Assembly (NCBI GenBank): GCA_043722755.1
Contig: JAYSOO010000100.1
Span: forward strand, 1 to 44,265
Source of the DNA: Candidatus Parcubacteria bacterium
GTDB lineage: Bacteria; Patescibacteriota; Minisyncoccia; Phycocordibacterales; CAIZLB01
Direction: 5' to 3'
Length of the DNA stretch: 44,265 nucleotides
The notes beneath the pieces are model-generated. The model was given only the letters and a program-made list of their open reading frames with translations, was not told the origin of the DNA and did not search any database. Of the stretch, positions 1 through 9,348 are shown piece by piece (position 1 is the first letter of the stretch; every line of letters starts with the position of its first letter). The position numbers and the translations under genes are program-made.

Positions 1-5
1 GAAAG

Positions 6-413
6 TTATCTTGGCAAATTCTTTTGAATCTTTAGAAGATTCTTGCGTAGTGGTATTTTGTAAAAACATATATATGCCATTATCCCACCTAAAGCATTCA
101 TAAGCAAATCAACATGTGTATCTACCCAAAAACTTATATTCATCAATACGTTTTTTCCGATTCGAAACTCAACATATTCCCAAAATATGGATAAAAAGAA
201 AATAACAACAAATATATTGATATTATTATCCATCTTTAAATATTTTAAAATCGAAATCGCTAAAGTTGTGACAGACAAACCTCCAATAAAATGCATGAGT
301 ATGTCAGCATTGGGATAAAAATAGTAAAAACTAGAAACTTTTGCGATGGTGTCAAAAGTTATAAGTAAAATCAACATGGTTAAACTTATAAAGAATAGCT
401 TTTTATTATTCAT
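6..413 (-). CDS. small polytopic membrane protein, possibly VanZ-like
   Basis: 135-aa ORF with about four hydrophobic segments. The spacing of ADILMHF, WEYVEF and DLLMNALGG resembles VanZ-family motifs. Assignment is by motif recall only. Confidence 0.35.
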   Translation of the reverse strand: MNNKKLFFISLTMLILLITFDTIAKVSSFYYFYPNADILMHFIGGLSVTTLAISILKYLKMDNNINIFVVIFFLSIFWEYVEFRIGKNVLMNISFWVDTHVDLLMNALGGIMAYICFYKIPLRKNLLKIQKNLPR

Positions 414-429
414 GGCTTTAGCAAGAGTC

Positions 430-550
430 GTTTATTTTGTTCACTCTGCCGAGAAGTCCTCAGAATTTTCTAGGAAAATTCCTGCGGGTCGGACCTACGG
501 AGCGCTTTGCCTAGGGCAAAGTGTCGTTCGTAAAACTCACTTAAATAAAC
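430..550. repeat. G+C-rich palindromic intergenic element (long copy)
   Basis: Shares the core GTCCTC...CGGACCT.CGG...GCGCTTTGCCTAGGGCAAAGTGTC with 24061..24151. Closed by GTTTATTT/AAATAAAC. Internal hairpins AGAATTTTC-TAG-GAAAATTC and CTTTGCC-TAG-GGCAAAG. Confidence 0.75.
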
Positions 551-713
551 CACCCCTCCTAAAGCCCCCAAACCAATTGAACCTAGTAAAATACTAGGTG
601 GGTGTTCTAAAACTCAAGCCAAGGCTTAAATTTACACGAACTCCCTGAAAGATATATCTAAGTCAATTGTTTGGAGACTACTTTATTATAACAAATTCAG
701 GTCATGTATGTAG

Positions 714-3700
714 CTAGACAACTTTTCTTTTTATATTATAGACCTCAACCTCTTCATCTTGCGTTTCGTATTGGCTATTTAACTCTGTTTGAAGATTTAA
801 AATATCTTGATATTTCTTACTTCCTTCAAAGCCTGTTCCTGCTGGTATCAATCTACCAATCAAAGTGTTTTCCATAATACCGTATAGTGGATCATGCTGA
901 CCCTTTAGAGACGCATTAACTAAGATACGGTTTGTGTTTTGAAATGAGGCTGCGGTTAGGAAAGATTGTCTATTTAGTGATCCTTCCATAGTACCCATGA
1001 TCGTTGTTCTACCTTTTGCTGGCATACTTTCTTTTTCTGCGCAGATTCTGTTTGTTCTAACAAATTCGAATGTTTCTACAACATCACCCATAGAAAGTTC
1101 TGTGTCTCCCTTATCAGTAATAATTACACGATTGAACATCTCACGAACAACAATCTCGATGTGTTTTCGTCCAAGATTTACACCTTGTAGTTCGTAAATC
1201 TTCTTAACTTCTCCGATGATATATGACTGAGCTGCATCACGACCTGCAAACTCGTAGATCTCATTTACGTCAGCTGAACCATCAGTCATGATTTGACCTT
1301 TAGTTACATGTTGACCAACCTTTACTTGAACGATACGAACTGGGTGAACTGAGAATTCCAATTCACTACCTGTTTTCTTTGAAGCTTTCAAAGGCACATC
1401 TGGCAAGATTCTTATAACTTTCTCATTGTTCTTTTCTATAACCGCAGTTACAACTCCATCATGAGATGCAATAGCTGCAGGATTCTTTGGTGTTCTGTTT
1501 TCAAATAATTCTTCAACACGTGGAAGACCAGCAGTAATATCTCCTCCCGACACAGCTACACCTCCGGCGTGGAAGGTACGCATAGTAAGCTGTGTTCCAG
1601 GTTCACCAATAGCTTGAGCAGCAATAGTTCCAACTGATTCTCCTAGATCGATAAGCTCACCTGTTGAAAGGTCGGCACCGTAACATTTTGAACAAACACC
1701 TCTGTCTGTTTTACATGTTAATGGAGATCTTACGTACAATTCTTCGATTCCTGCCTTATCAATAACTTTTGAATCATCTTTTGAAATCAAGTGACCCTTT
1801 TTAAATAACACCTCTCCATTTTCATCAGCTAAGTCGGCTGCCAAAATTCTACCAAAAATGTTTTTACTGAAAGATGTTTCGATACCTGAAGCAGTTTTCT
1901 TAGTCGAAATGATCGAATCATTAGTTTTACAATCAAATTCAGTAATGATAACTGACTGTGCTAAAATAAACAGTTTACGAGTCAAGTAACCAGCCTTAGC
2001 AGTGTTCAAGGCGGTATCTGTCATACCTTTACGTGCACCGTGAGTTGAAATAAAGTATTCGATTGGAGTAAGACCTTCTTTGAAAGAAGACTTAATCGGC
2101 AACTCGATGGTTGTTCCCTGCGCAGTGGCAATAAGACCTTTAATACCAACCATCTGGTTGATATTACCAATAGATCCACGAGCTCCTGAAAGGACCATGT
2201 CATTCACAGGGCCGTTATCAGGTAATGTTGCAGGAATCATTTTCTCGATTTGAGATTGCACACTTTGCCATAGACGGATTATTTTCACGTGCTTTTCTGT
2301 TTCTGATAGCAAACCTTTGTTGAATGCATCATACACAGCATCAGCTGATTCTTGTGCATCATCAAGCGCCTTGTATTTATCTTCTGGAATTTGGATATCT
2401 GATATAGCCCAAGTGATACCTGATTTTGTAGCAAAAGAGAAACCAAATTTCTTAATTGAGTCGATTATTGGAGCAACATTGTTTCTTCCTTCTTTGATAA
2501 TCAATTCATCAATCACGCCATTCATCACGTTTTTGTTTATTTCGCGGTTAATGAATGTAATATTTTCTGGCAATAATCTGTTAAATAATATACGTCCAAC
2601 TGTTGTGTCAAACAATTTCCCTGAGTATTCACCAAACTTTCCATCTTCAGGCGCCAAAACTTTGATAGGAGCACGGTGTGAGATTATATCATTGTTCAAG
2701 GCTATGATAGCAGCCTCAGGTGATTCAAAATATTTATCCGCACCCAATTCTGAAGAAACCATTTTAGTTACCCAGTATGATCCAACAACTATATCAAGCA
2801 TTTTATCTGTAATAGTTGCATCTCCTGATCCTGGCTTCAAGATGTTTTTGTCAGAAGCCATGATGTTATGCGCTTCGTATTGAGCTTCTTCTGAAAGAGG
2901 AACGTGAACTGACATCGTATCTCCATCGAAGTCAGCGTTAAACGGTGAACAAACAAGTGGATGTAGTTGGATCGCATTTCCTTCTATAAGAATAGGTTGG
3001 AATGCTTGTACTGAAAGTCTGTGTAGTGTTGGAGCACGGTTTAGCAATACATATTTATCTTTGATAATATCTTCTAATATTGACCAAACAACTTCATCTC
3101 TATCTTCGATCATTCTGTTTGCTCCTTTGATACTAAATGCCAATTCTTTTCCTAAAATTTGTGAAATAACGAAAGGTTTGAACAATTCCAAAGCCATATT
3201 CTTTGGTAGTCCACATTGATTAAGCTTAAGATCTGGTCCCACAACGATAACTGAACGACCTGAATAGTCAACACGCTTACCAAGTAGGTTTTGTCTGAAA
3301 ATACCTCTCTTACCTTTCAAGTTGTCAGCAATAGATTTAAGTGATCTTTTTTGTCCTGGGTTTATTCCTGAAAATGCTGGACCATTACCTTTCATAGAGT
3401 TATCAAGCAGTGCGTCAACAGCCTCTTGCAATATTCTTTTTTCGTTTCTCAGGATAACGTCTGGCGCTTTTATATCATAAAGTTTTTTAAGACGATTGTT
3501 TCTGTTTATAACTCTTCTGTATAGATCGTTAATGTCAGATGTAGCCTGTCTGCCTCCGTCAAGTGCAACCATAGGACGAAGTGCAGCAGGAATAACAGGC
3601 AAGGCTTTGATGAAAGTCCATTCTGGTCGTACACCTGATTTTTTCATCGCATTGATAAATCCTAATCTTCTGATGATTTTTTCTCTTTCAACTGAAGTAG

Positions 3701-4442
3701 CCTTTTCCAAGTCTATTGTAAGTTTTTTATATAAATCATTTATATTCAAGCCTTTTAGTATATTGTAAATAACTTCACCTCCGATTCCAGCTTCGAAAGA
3801 TGATCCGAATTTGTATGAGAATTTGTGATATTGATTTTCATCTAACACCTTACCAACATAAATCATGTCGATATCAGCCTTAGTTGAAGTCATGAGATCT
3901 CTTAGTGCATCTTTAGTTTTTTCATCTTCGATATTTTTCATTTTTGACTTAAACTCGTCGTCAAGTTCTTTATGAAGTCTTGTTTTTTCTTTCTCATCAA
4001 TCTTTGTAATAAGATATCCAGCAAAGTAGATAACTTTTTCAACTTCACCGGCAGGCATACCAAGAATAGTAGCTATTCTTGAGGGCATGTTTTTCAAATA
4101 CCAGATATGAGATACAGGTACACATAGTTCGATATGTCCCATTCTCTCACGTCTTACGATTGATTTTACGATTTCAACTCCACATTTTTCACATATGATT
4201 CCTTTGTATCGGATTCCTTTGTATTTTCCACAATAACATTCATAGTCTTTTTCAGGACCGAATATTTTTTCACAGAACAAACCATCTCGCTCTGAACGAG
4301 CAGTACGGTAGTTAAGAGTTTCTGGTTTTTTAACTTCTCCTCTTGACCATTGTCTGATTTTTTCAGGTGATGCCAGTTTGATTGAAACTGAATCGATATC
4401 ATCAACTGAAGTTTTTGTATTTATTTTTTTATCTTTGAACAT
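714..4442 (-). CDS. rpoC: DNA-directed RNA polymerase subunit beta-prime
   Basis: 1242-aa ORF. N-terminal zinc-binding CYCGKYKGIRYKGIICEKCGVE, catalytic NADFDGD motif and full-length beta-prime layout. Lies 57 nt downstream of rpoB. Confidence 0.97.
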   Translation of the reverse strand: MFKDKKINTKTSVDDIDSVSIKLASPEKIRQWSRGEVKKPETLNYRTARSERDGLFCEKIFGPEKDYECYCGKYKGIRYKGIICEKCGVEIVKSIVRRERMGHIELCVPVSHIWYLKNMPSRIATILGMPAGEVEKVIYFAGYLITKIDEKEKTRLHKELDDEFKSKMKNIEDEKTKDALRDLMTSTKADIDMIYVGKVLDENQYHKFSYKFGSSFEAGIGGEVIYNILKGLNINDLYKKLTIDLEKATSVEREKIIRRLGFINAMKKSGVRPEWTFIKALPVIPAALRPMVALDGGRQATSDINDLYRRVINRNNRLKKLYDIKAPDVILRNEKRILQEAVDALLDNSMKGNGPAFSGINPGQKRSLKSIADNLKGKRGIFRQNLLGKRVDYSGRSVIVVGPDLKLNQCGLPKNMALELFKPFVISQILGKELAFSIKGANRMIEDRDEVVWSILEDIIKDKYVLLNRAPTLHRLSVQAFQPILIEGNAIQLHPLVCSPFNADFDGDTMSVHVPLSEEAQYEAHNIMASDKNILKPGSGDATITDKMLDIVVGSYWVTKMVSSELGADKYFESPEAAIIALNNDIISHRAPIKVLAPEDGKFGEYSGKLFDTTVGRILFNRLLPENITFINREINKNVMNGVIDELIIKEGRNNVAPIIDSIKKFGFSFATKSGITWAISDIQIPEDKYKALDDAQESADAVYDAFNKGLLSETEKHVKIIRLWQSVQSQIEKMIPATLPDNGPVNDMVLSGARGSIGNINQMVGIKGLIATAQGTTIELPIKSSFKEGLTPIEYFISTHGARKGMTDTALNTAKAGYLTRKLFILAQSVIITEFDCKTNDSIISTKKTASGIETSFSKNIFGRILAADLADENGEVLFKKGHLISKDDSKVIDKAGIEELYVRSPLTCKTDRGVCSKCYGADLSTGELIDLGESVGTIAAQAIGEPGTQLTMRTFHAGGVAVSGGDITAGLPRVEELFENRTPKNPAAIASHDGVVTAVIEKNNEKVIRILPDVPLKASKKTGSELEFSVHPVRIVQVKVGQHVTKGQIMTDGSADVNEIYEFAGRDAAQSYIIGEVKKIYELQGVNLGRKHIEIVVREMFNRVIITDKGDTELSMGDVVETFEFVRTNRICAEKESMPAKGRTTIMGTMEGSLNRQSFLTAASFQNTNRILVNASLKGQHDPLYGIMENTLIGRLIPAGTGFEGSKKYQDILNLQTELNSQYETQDEEVEVYNIKRKVV

Positions 4443-4499
4443 ATTTTTTTATTTCGTTATTTGTTATTGAGATTAATTTTTTAAATTTTAAATAAATTA

Positions 4500-7400
4500 T
4501 TATTCTTCAGTTGCTACTACCTCTCCTACTTCAGTAACACTTTCTTCATCCTCCATATCTAATCCATATTCTTCATCCATTTGATTTCTGTTTTCTTGAT
4601 GATCTCCAACGTGTCCAACATCAAGTCCAACATCAAGTTCTTTGCCTTGATCATTGTCGAATCCAACATCTATACACAGTCCTCTTAGGTTTGACAGCAA
4701 CACGTTAAATGATGCAGGTGTATTTGGATCAGAAATTCTTTCACCCTTAACGATAGCATCATATGTAGCTGATCTACCCAAGATATCATCTGATTTTATA
4801 GTTAACATTTCACGTAAAGTATATGACGCTCCGTAACCTGCAAGTGCCCAAACCTCCATTTCTCCAAATCTTTGTCCTCCTCCCTGAGCCTTACCTCCAA
4901 GTGGCTGTTGAGTGATAAGAGAGTATGGTCCTGTTGAACGTGCATGGATCTTATCCTCAACCATGTGGTGAAGTTTAAGCATGTACATATATCCAACTGC
5001 AACATCTTGCTGGAACATGTCTCCTGTTCGTCCGTCGAACAACTTCATTTTTCCTGATCTGTCATACCCTGCTGTTACCAACTCATCTTGAACTTCTTCA
5101 GCTGTAGGTCCCATGAATGCAGGAACGATAGCTTGATAGCCAAGTTTTGAAGCGGCCAATCCCAAGTGTAGCTCAAGGATCTGACCCAAGTTCATACGAG
5201 ATGGAACACCAAGAGGTGTAAGAATCATATCTACAGGCGTACCATCAGCCATGTAAGGCATATCTTCAACAGGCAATACTTTTGATATAACACCTTTGTT
5301 TCCGTGACGTCCTGCAAGTTTATCTCCAACTGAGATATTTCGAAGCAGAGCAACTTCGACGTAGATTCTTTTTAAGATACCTGATTCTAGCTTGTCACCT
5401 CTTTCTCTTGAAAATGTTTTTATACCGATAACTCTTCCTCTCTTTCCGTTTTCCAATCTCTTTGAGGTATCTTTCACGTCCCTAGCTCTGTCACCAAAGA
5501 TAGATCTTAGAAGTCTTTCTTCAGGCGTTAGTTGTGTTTCTGTTTTTGGAGTGATCTTTCCAACCAAGATGTCTCCAGGTCGAACTTCTGCACCAATACG
5601 AATAATACCTTCAGCATCAAGATCTTTAAGCTTTCCTTCTGATACGTTTGGTATATCATGAGTTGTAACTTCAGGTCCGATCTTTGTATCACGAACGTTG
5701 ATTACAAATTCTTCAATATGAATAGATGTAAACTTTGATTTCTTAACCAAGTTTTCTGAGATAATAATAGCATCTTCATAGTTTGATCCAGACCATGTTA
5801 GGAATGCAATCAAAATATTTTGCCCTAGCGCGATTTGACCTTCAACAGATGTTGAAGTGTCAGCAAGAACGTCTCCTCTTTTTACTTTTTGTCCTAAGCT
5901 TACTGTAGGTCTTTGATGAAATACTGTAAATTGGTTTGTTTTATTGAAAACAGCAAGTCTATATGTAGTCTCTCTCTTACCTTTTATAGTGATTGAGGCA
6001 GCATCAACTGCTGTGATCTCTCCATCTTCTGGTGCTATGATAACGCGCCCTGTATCTCGTGCAGCAGTCTCTTCAATACCTGTAGCAACAAAAGCTGCCT
6101 CAGGAACAATACAAGGTGTTGCTTGTTTCTGCATACCTGATCCCATGAGTGATCTGTTAGCATCGTTATGATTCACAAAAGGAATCATAGAAGTGGCGAT
6201 AGAAAACGGCTGACCAGATGCGATATCGATCAAATCTACATCTTTTTTATCAACGATAGTTGGATCACCTTTTAGACGAACCTCTACCATTTCATCTGCG
6301 ATTTGACCATTTTTATCATAGTTGATAGCAGCATGAGCAATCTTGAATCCTTCTTCTTGCAACGCATCAAGATATACGATTTCTTTTGTAATTTTTCCCT
6401 TGGAAACTTTTGCATATGGAGTCTCGATCATTCCAAAATTATTTACTCTCGCGTAGGCTGCCAAGTGAAGAACAAGACCAATGTTGGCACCTTCAGGTGT
6501 ATGTATTGGACATACACGACCATAATGAGAAGAGTGAACATCACGAACCTCAACACCAGCTCTGTCAGATGAAAGACCTCCTTGACCTAGTGCTGTAAGG
6601 ATTCTTAAGTGTTCCAACTCTGAAAGAACGTTTTCTTGGTTCATGAATTGTGACAATGGGTTTGTAGAGAAATATTCTTTGATTCTAGCTTGTAGTGGAC
6701 GAGGAGATATCAATTGCATAGGCTGACTTACATCTGACTCTATAGTCGACATTCTATTTTGAACGTTTTTCTTGATTTGCAAAAGACCAAGTCTCACTTT
6801 TTGTTGTAATTGTTCACCAACAAATCTAACACGTCTTGAACCTAAGTGATCAACATCATCAGCTTCTGATTCAGGAATGTTTGTCATGTTACAAATATGT
6901 GAAATAAGAGTTATAAAGTCATCAAGATTTAGAGTATTTCTTGCCAAGTCTTTTTCTTCCATACTTTTTCCAAAACGAGAGTTAAATCGAAAACGTCCAA
7001 CTCTTGAGAAATCATATCTCTCTGATTTGAACATGTTTTCTACAAAATCTTTCGCGTTTTGAGCTGTAGCAAGCTCACCATCTCTCATTTTTTTGTAAAT
7101 TTCAACAACAGCTTCTTCTGCTGTTTTTGTATGATCTTTTGCTAAAGTATGATCTATATATGATTTGATGTTTTCATCATCTCCAAACAAATCTTTGATA
7201 TCAGAATCAGTTCCGGCTCCAAGAGCTCTAAGCAGTGTTGTTACTGGGAATTTTCTTTTTTTGTCGATCTTAACATATACACCTCCATCAGTATCTGTAT
7301 TTATTTCTATCCATGAACCACGCGCTGGAATAATCTTTGCTCCGATATAATTTTTTCCTTTATGCTCATCTGACGTAAAGAATGCTCCAAAACTTCTCGC

Positions 7401-7790
7401 AAGCTGTGGAACAATACATCTTTCAATACCATTAATAATAAAAGTACCATGCTCTGTCATCATCGGCACGTCTGACATAAATATTTCTTGCTCTTTTTCA
7501 GTACCAGTAATGTGATTAACTAGTTTGATAGTTGCCTTGATTGTAGCTTCGTAATTAACTTTATTTTCTTTCGCATAGAACTCATCGTATTTAGGACGAT
7601 CAAGTCTTATACCTTCGAATCTGAATTCGAATTTTTTTTCTGTATAATCTTTCGTTAGAGAGAATTCATTGAACACTTCATTTAAGCCTTTCTCCAAAAA
7701 CCACTTGTATGATTGGATTTGACCCTCTACCAGGTTAGGTAACGGGACTAAAGATTCACGAAAACGTGAAAAATGTTTTTTTGTTAACAT
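4500..7790 (-). CDS. rpoB: DNA-directed RNA polymerase subunit beta
   Basis: 1096-aa ORF with beta-subunit signatures (GEMEVWALAGYGASYTL, LGVPSRMNLGQILE, NKGVISKV). Followed directly by rpoC. Confidence 0.97.
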   Translation of the reverse strand: MLTKKHFSRFRESLVPLPNLVEGQIQSYKWFLEKGLNEVFNEFSLTKDYTEKKFEFRFEGIRLDRPKYDEFYAKENKVNYEATIKATIKLVNHITGTEKEQEIFMSDVPMMTEHGTFIINGIERCIVPQLARSFGAFFTSDEHKGKNYIGAKIIPARGSWIEINTDTDGGVYVKIDKKRKFPVTTLLRALGAGTDSDIKDLFGDDENIKSYIDHTLAKDHTKTAEEAVVEIYKKMRDGELATAQNAKDFVENMFKSERYDFSRVGRFRFNSRFGKSMEEKDLARNTLNLDDFITLISHICNMTNIPESEADDVDHLGSRRVRFVGEQLQQKVRLGLLQIKKNVQNRMSTIESDVSQPMQLISPRPLQARIKEYFSTNPLSQFMNQENVLSELEHLRILTALGQGGLSSDRAGVEVRDVHSSHYGRVCPIHTPEGANIGLVLHLAAYARVNNFGMIETPYAKVSKGKITKEIVYLDALQEEGFKIAHAAINYDKNGQIADEMVEVRLKGDPTIVDKKDVDLIDIASGQPFSIATSMIPFVNHNDANRSLMGSGMQKQATPCIVPEAAFVATGIEETAARDTGRVIIAPEDGEITAVDAASITIKGKRETTYRLAVFNKTNQFTVFHQRPTVSLGQKVKRGDVLADTSTSVEGQIALGQNILIAFLTWSGSNYEDAIIISENLVKKSKFTSIHIEEFVINVRDTKIGPEVTTHDIPNVSEGKLKDLDAEGIIRIGAEVRPGDILVGKITPKTETQLTPEERLLRSIFGDRARDVKDTSKRLENGKRGRVIGIKTFSRERGDKLESGILKRIYVEVALLRNISVGDKLAGRHGNKGVISKVLPVEDMPYMADGTPVDMILTPLGVPSRMNLGQILELHLGLAASKLGYQAIVPAFMGPTAEEVQDELVTAGYDRSGKMKLFDGRTGDMFQQDVAVGYMYMLKLHHMVEDKIHARSTGPYSLITQQPLGGKAQGGGQRFGEMEVWALAGYGASYTLREMLTIKSDDILGRSATYDAIVKGERISDPNTPASFNVLLSNLRGLCIDVGFDNDQGKELDVGLDVGHVGDHQENRNQMDEEYGLDMEDEESVTEVGEVVATEE

Positions 7791-7877
7791 ATTTTGTTAT
7801 ATTTAAAAATTAGAGAATTGAGATTAATAAAAAAGCGGAAAAGGCTATCATTACTCAATCGGTTTTACGCTAAGGGT

Positions 7878-7906
7878 ATAGTAGCATATTTTTTGCTTGA
7901 GTGCAA
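7878..7906 (-). promoter_or_regulatory. rpoB promoter
   Basis: On the minus strand: TTGCAC, a 17-nt spacer ending TGC, then TACTAT. Lies about 90 nt upstream of the rpoB ATG. Confidence 0.55.
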
Positions 7907-8003
7907 CTTGATTTTGAGGTGCGGTGGTGGTTGAGGTTTGGGTGGGTTGAGGGTGATGAGTATGTGGTTTTGGGTGTAATCTTGCGTTGGACAAGTCTGC
8001 TAC

Positions 8004-8031
8004 TTGCATTTTGTAGACACATTGCTATAAT
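8004..8031 (+). promoter_or_regulatory. promoter-like element pointing into the 3' end of the NYN gene
   Basis: TTGCAT, a 16-nt spacer ending TGC, then TATAAT. There is no downstream + strand ORF, and I could find no convincing fold or terminator. Confidence 0.35.
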
Positions 8032-8073
8032 ACATACATCAATACGAATTAGGGCCCGAAGCGTGTAAGTGCG

Positions 8074-8676
8074 TTAGGTACCTTTTTCATTTATAGGCTT
8101 ACATATCAATGATTTTATATCTGGAGAACTCAAGTGAGCGGTATAATAATCTCCCAACTGCTTATACAGTGACGAATAAAACTTCCTGTTTGGAAATAAC
8201 ACTTTTTTAAACACCTTCTTTTCAACTAGATATTTAACCATCTTTATATAATCCCCATCCCCTGATACCAATACAATATTATCAAAATCGGTATTATCCA
8301 CTACATTTTTCATTATCTCAAACACGATATCTGTATCCACATTTCCCTTCTTAGCCGACTTGGCTTTTTTATTATGTTCTTTAAACAATATCGTAAATCC
8401 TGCATCTGATATCTGCTTATATAAATCATCATTCTTTTTGTTTATATAGCCGATAAAATAATAGGCATCATCAACCTGATAATTTTCTTTCAAATATATG
8501 TAAAACCGAGTCAGATCAACTTCCCAAGCTTGACCACAAGTGCAATCTAAAAGCTCCATCTCTCGTATGTTTTTCTGCAATATGATTGCACACATATCAC
8601 ACTTAATAGTGCCAAAATGTAAGTTTTGACTGTCTATAAATGCTATGTTTTTTTCTTGTGGTTTTTCTGAGTCCAT
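8074..8676 (-). CDS. NYN/LabA-like (PIN-fold) domain protein
   Basis: 200-aa ORF. IAFIDSQNL near the N-terminus and GNVDTDIV...VLVSGDGDY are typical of NYN/LabA-like domains. Carries a Cys-rich insert (CDMC...CTC). Confidence 0.65.
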   Translation of the reverse strand: MDSEKPQEKNIAFIDSQNLHFGTIKCDMCAIILQKNIREMELLDCTCGQAWEVDLTRFYIYLKENYQVDDAYYFIGYINKKNDDLYKQISDAGFTILFKEHNKKAKSAKKGNVDTDIVFEIMKNVVDNTDFDNIVLVSGDGDYIKMVKYLVEKKVFKKVLFPNRKFYSSLYKQLGDYYTAHLSSPDIKSLICKPINEKGT

Positions 8677-8773
8677 TACTCAATTTTATCATGTGTGTCA
8701 AATGGAATGATTGACAAAATACATATAAATGGTATTTTGAACTTACGCACATTTTACAACCACCAACACTACA

Positions 8774-9175
8774 ATGACCACTGCACTTAAACATACAGGC
8801 AATCCCGAGATCTGGCTTCGTGTCTTCGAAGAAGTAATGAAAAAAGATCCAACCCTCGTGCTTAACGAGGACACTCGACTTAGCTTCGATGGGGCCGATA
8901 CCAGCATGCACCCTGAAGCTCACGTTCTTGGAGTGTTCAAGCTAGGATGCTTTCCGTACGATGAATTCCTCATTATCACTTTTATGTTCAATGGAAGTTG
9001 GGATGATTTTTCGGACATCAAGTTCGAACGCAGCCGAGACATCAACGATCTCAAACTGCCGACTCCTGCTGAGATGGAAATTATCCGCTTTCATGATCTT
9101 GGCATAACAGAGGTTGAAGGCGGAGAAACACCGGGTGACGAATGGGAATCTTCCCGATACGAAGGCGAACTTTGA
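8774..9175 (+). CDS. hypothetical acidic protein, visibly G+C-richer than its surroundings
   Basis: 133-aa ORF with no motif I recognise. Promoter-like TTGACA (8711-8716) lies upstream and a strong hairpin plus T-run terminator lies downstream (9201-9229). Confidence 0.55.
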   Translation: MTTALKHTGNPEIWLRVFEEVMKKDPTLVLNEDTRLSFDGADTSMHPEAHVLGVFKLGCFPYDEFLIITFMFNGSWDDFSDIKFERSRDINDLKLPTPAEMEIIRFHDLGITEVEGGETPGDEWESSRYEGEL

Positions 9176-9200
9176 ATCGCTTCCAACTTCAACCCTTAGG

Positions 9201-9229
9201 CGGGCACCACCGAGTGCCCGTCTTTTTTT
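9201..9229 (+). terminator. intrinsic terminator of ORF 8774..9175
   Basis: CGGGCAC-CACCGA-GTGCCCG stem-loop followed by a T-run. Confidence 0.8.
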
Positions 9230-9231
9230 AT

Positions 9232-9259
9232 TTGACTCCACATAAATATTTGCTATAAT
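9232..9259 (+). promoter_or_regulatory. promoter of the candidate sRNA (DUF3800 copy 1)
   Basis: TTGACT, a 16-nt spacer ending TGC, then TATAAT. The hexamers and TGC are conserved with 25361-25388 while the spacer sequence differs. Confidence 0.6.
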
Positions 9260-9265
9260 AGACCC

Positions 9266-9345
9266 ATAGCAAGTTAGACCTCCATAAGAGGGGCTGCCAT
9301 CGGCGGCCCGCGCGTAGAACATACGCAGATCTTAGGAGGCTTTGC
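9266..9345 (+). ncRNA. candidate structured sRNA convergent with DUF3800 copy 1
   Basis: Driven by promoter 9232-9259. Closing helices GCAAG/CTTTGC and CCTCC-A-TAAGA / TCTTA-GGAGG enclose hairpins at 9291-9309 and 9312-9326. The T:G pair in the first hairpin is tolerated only on the + strand. Homologous to 25395..25467. Ends are approximate. Confidence 0.55.
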
Positions 9346-9348
9346 TTA

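Noticed and set aside
346-597. 83-aa + strand ORF.
   Set aside because: It runs through the palindromic G+C-rich repeat element. It has no promoter or start context like the real genes here, and its sequence is low-complexity. Judged spurious.
997-7350. Numerous 60-190-aa ORFs antisense to or overlapping rpoB and rpoC.
   Set aside because: They lie entirely within two highly conserved, full-length essential genes. They are typical frame-shadow ORFs.
8603-9322. Minus-strand ORFs 8603..8923 and 8942..9322, antisense to the 133-aa ORF and to intergenic elements.
   Set aside because: They overlap the NYN gene start, the terminator and the sRNA region. They have no promoter or start context and look like antisense artefacts of a G+C-richer segment.
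9232-9345. Retron-like msr/msd, or a type III toxIN-like repeat RNA, next to DUF3800.
   Set aside because: There is no reverse transcriptase gene nearby. There are no tandem repeats. The RNA is convergent with the protein gene rather than upstream of it.
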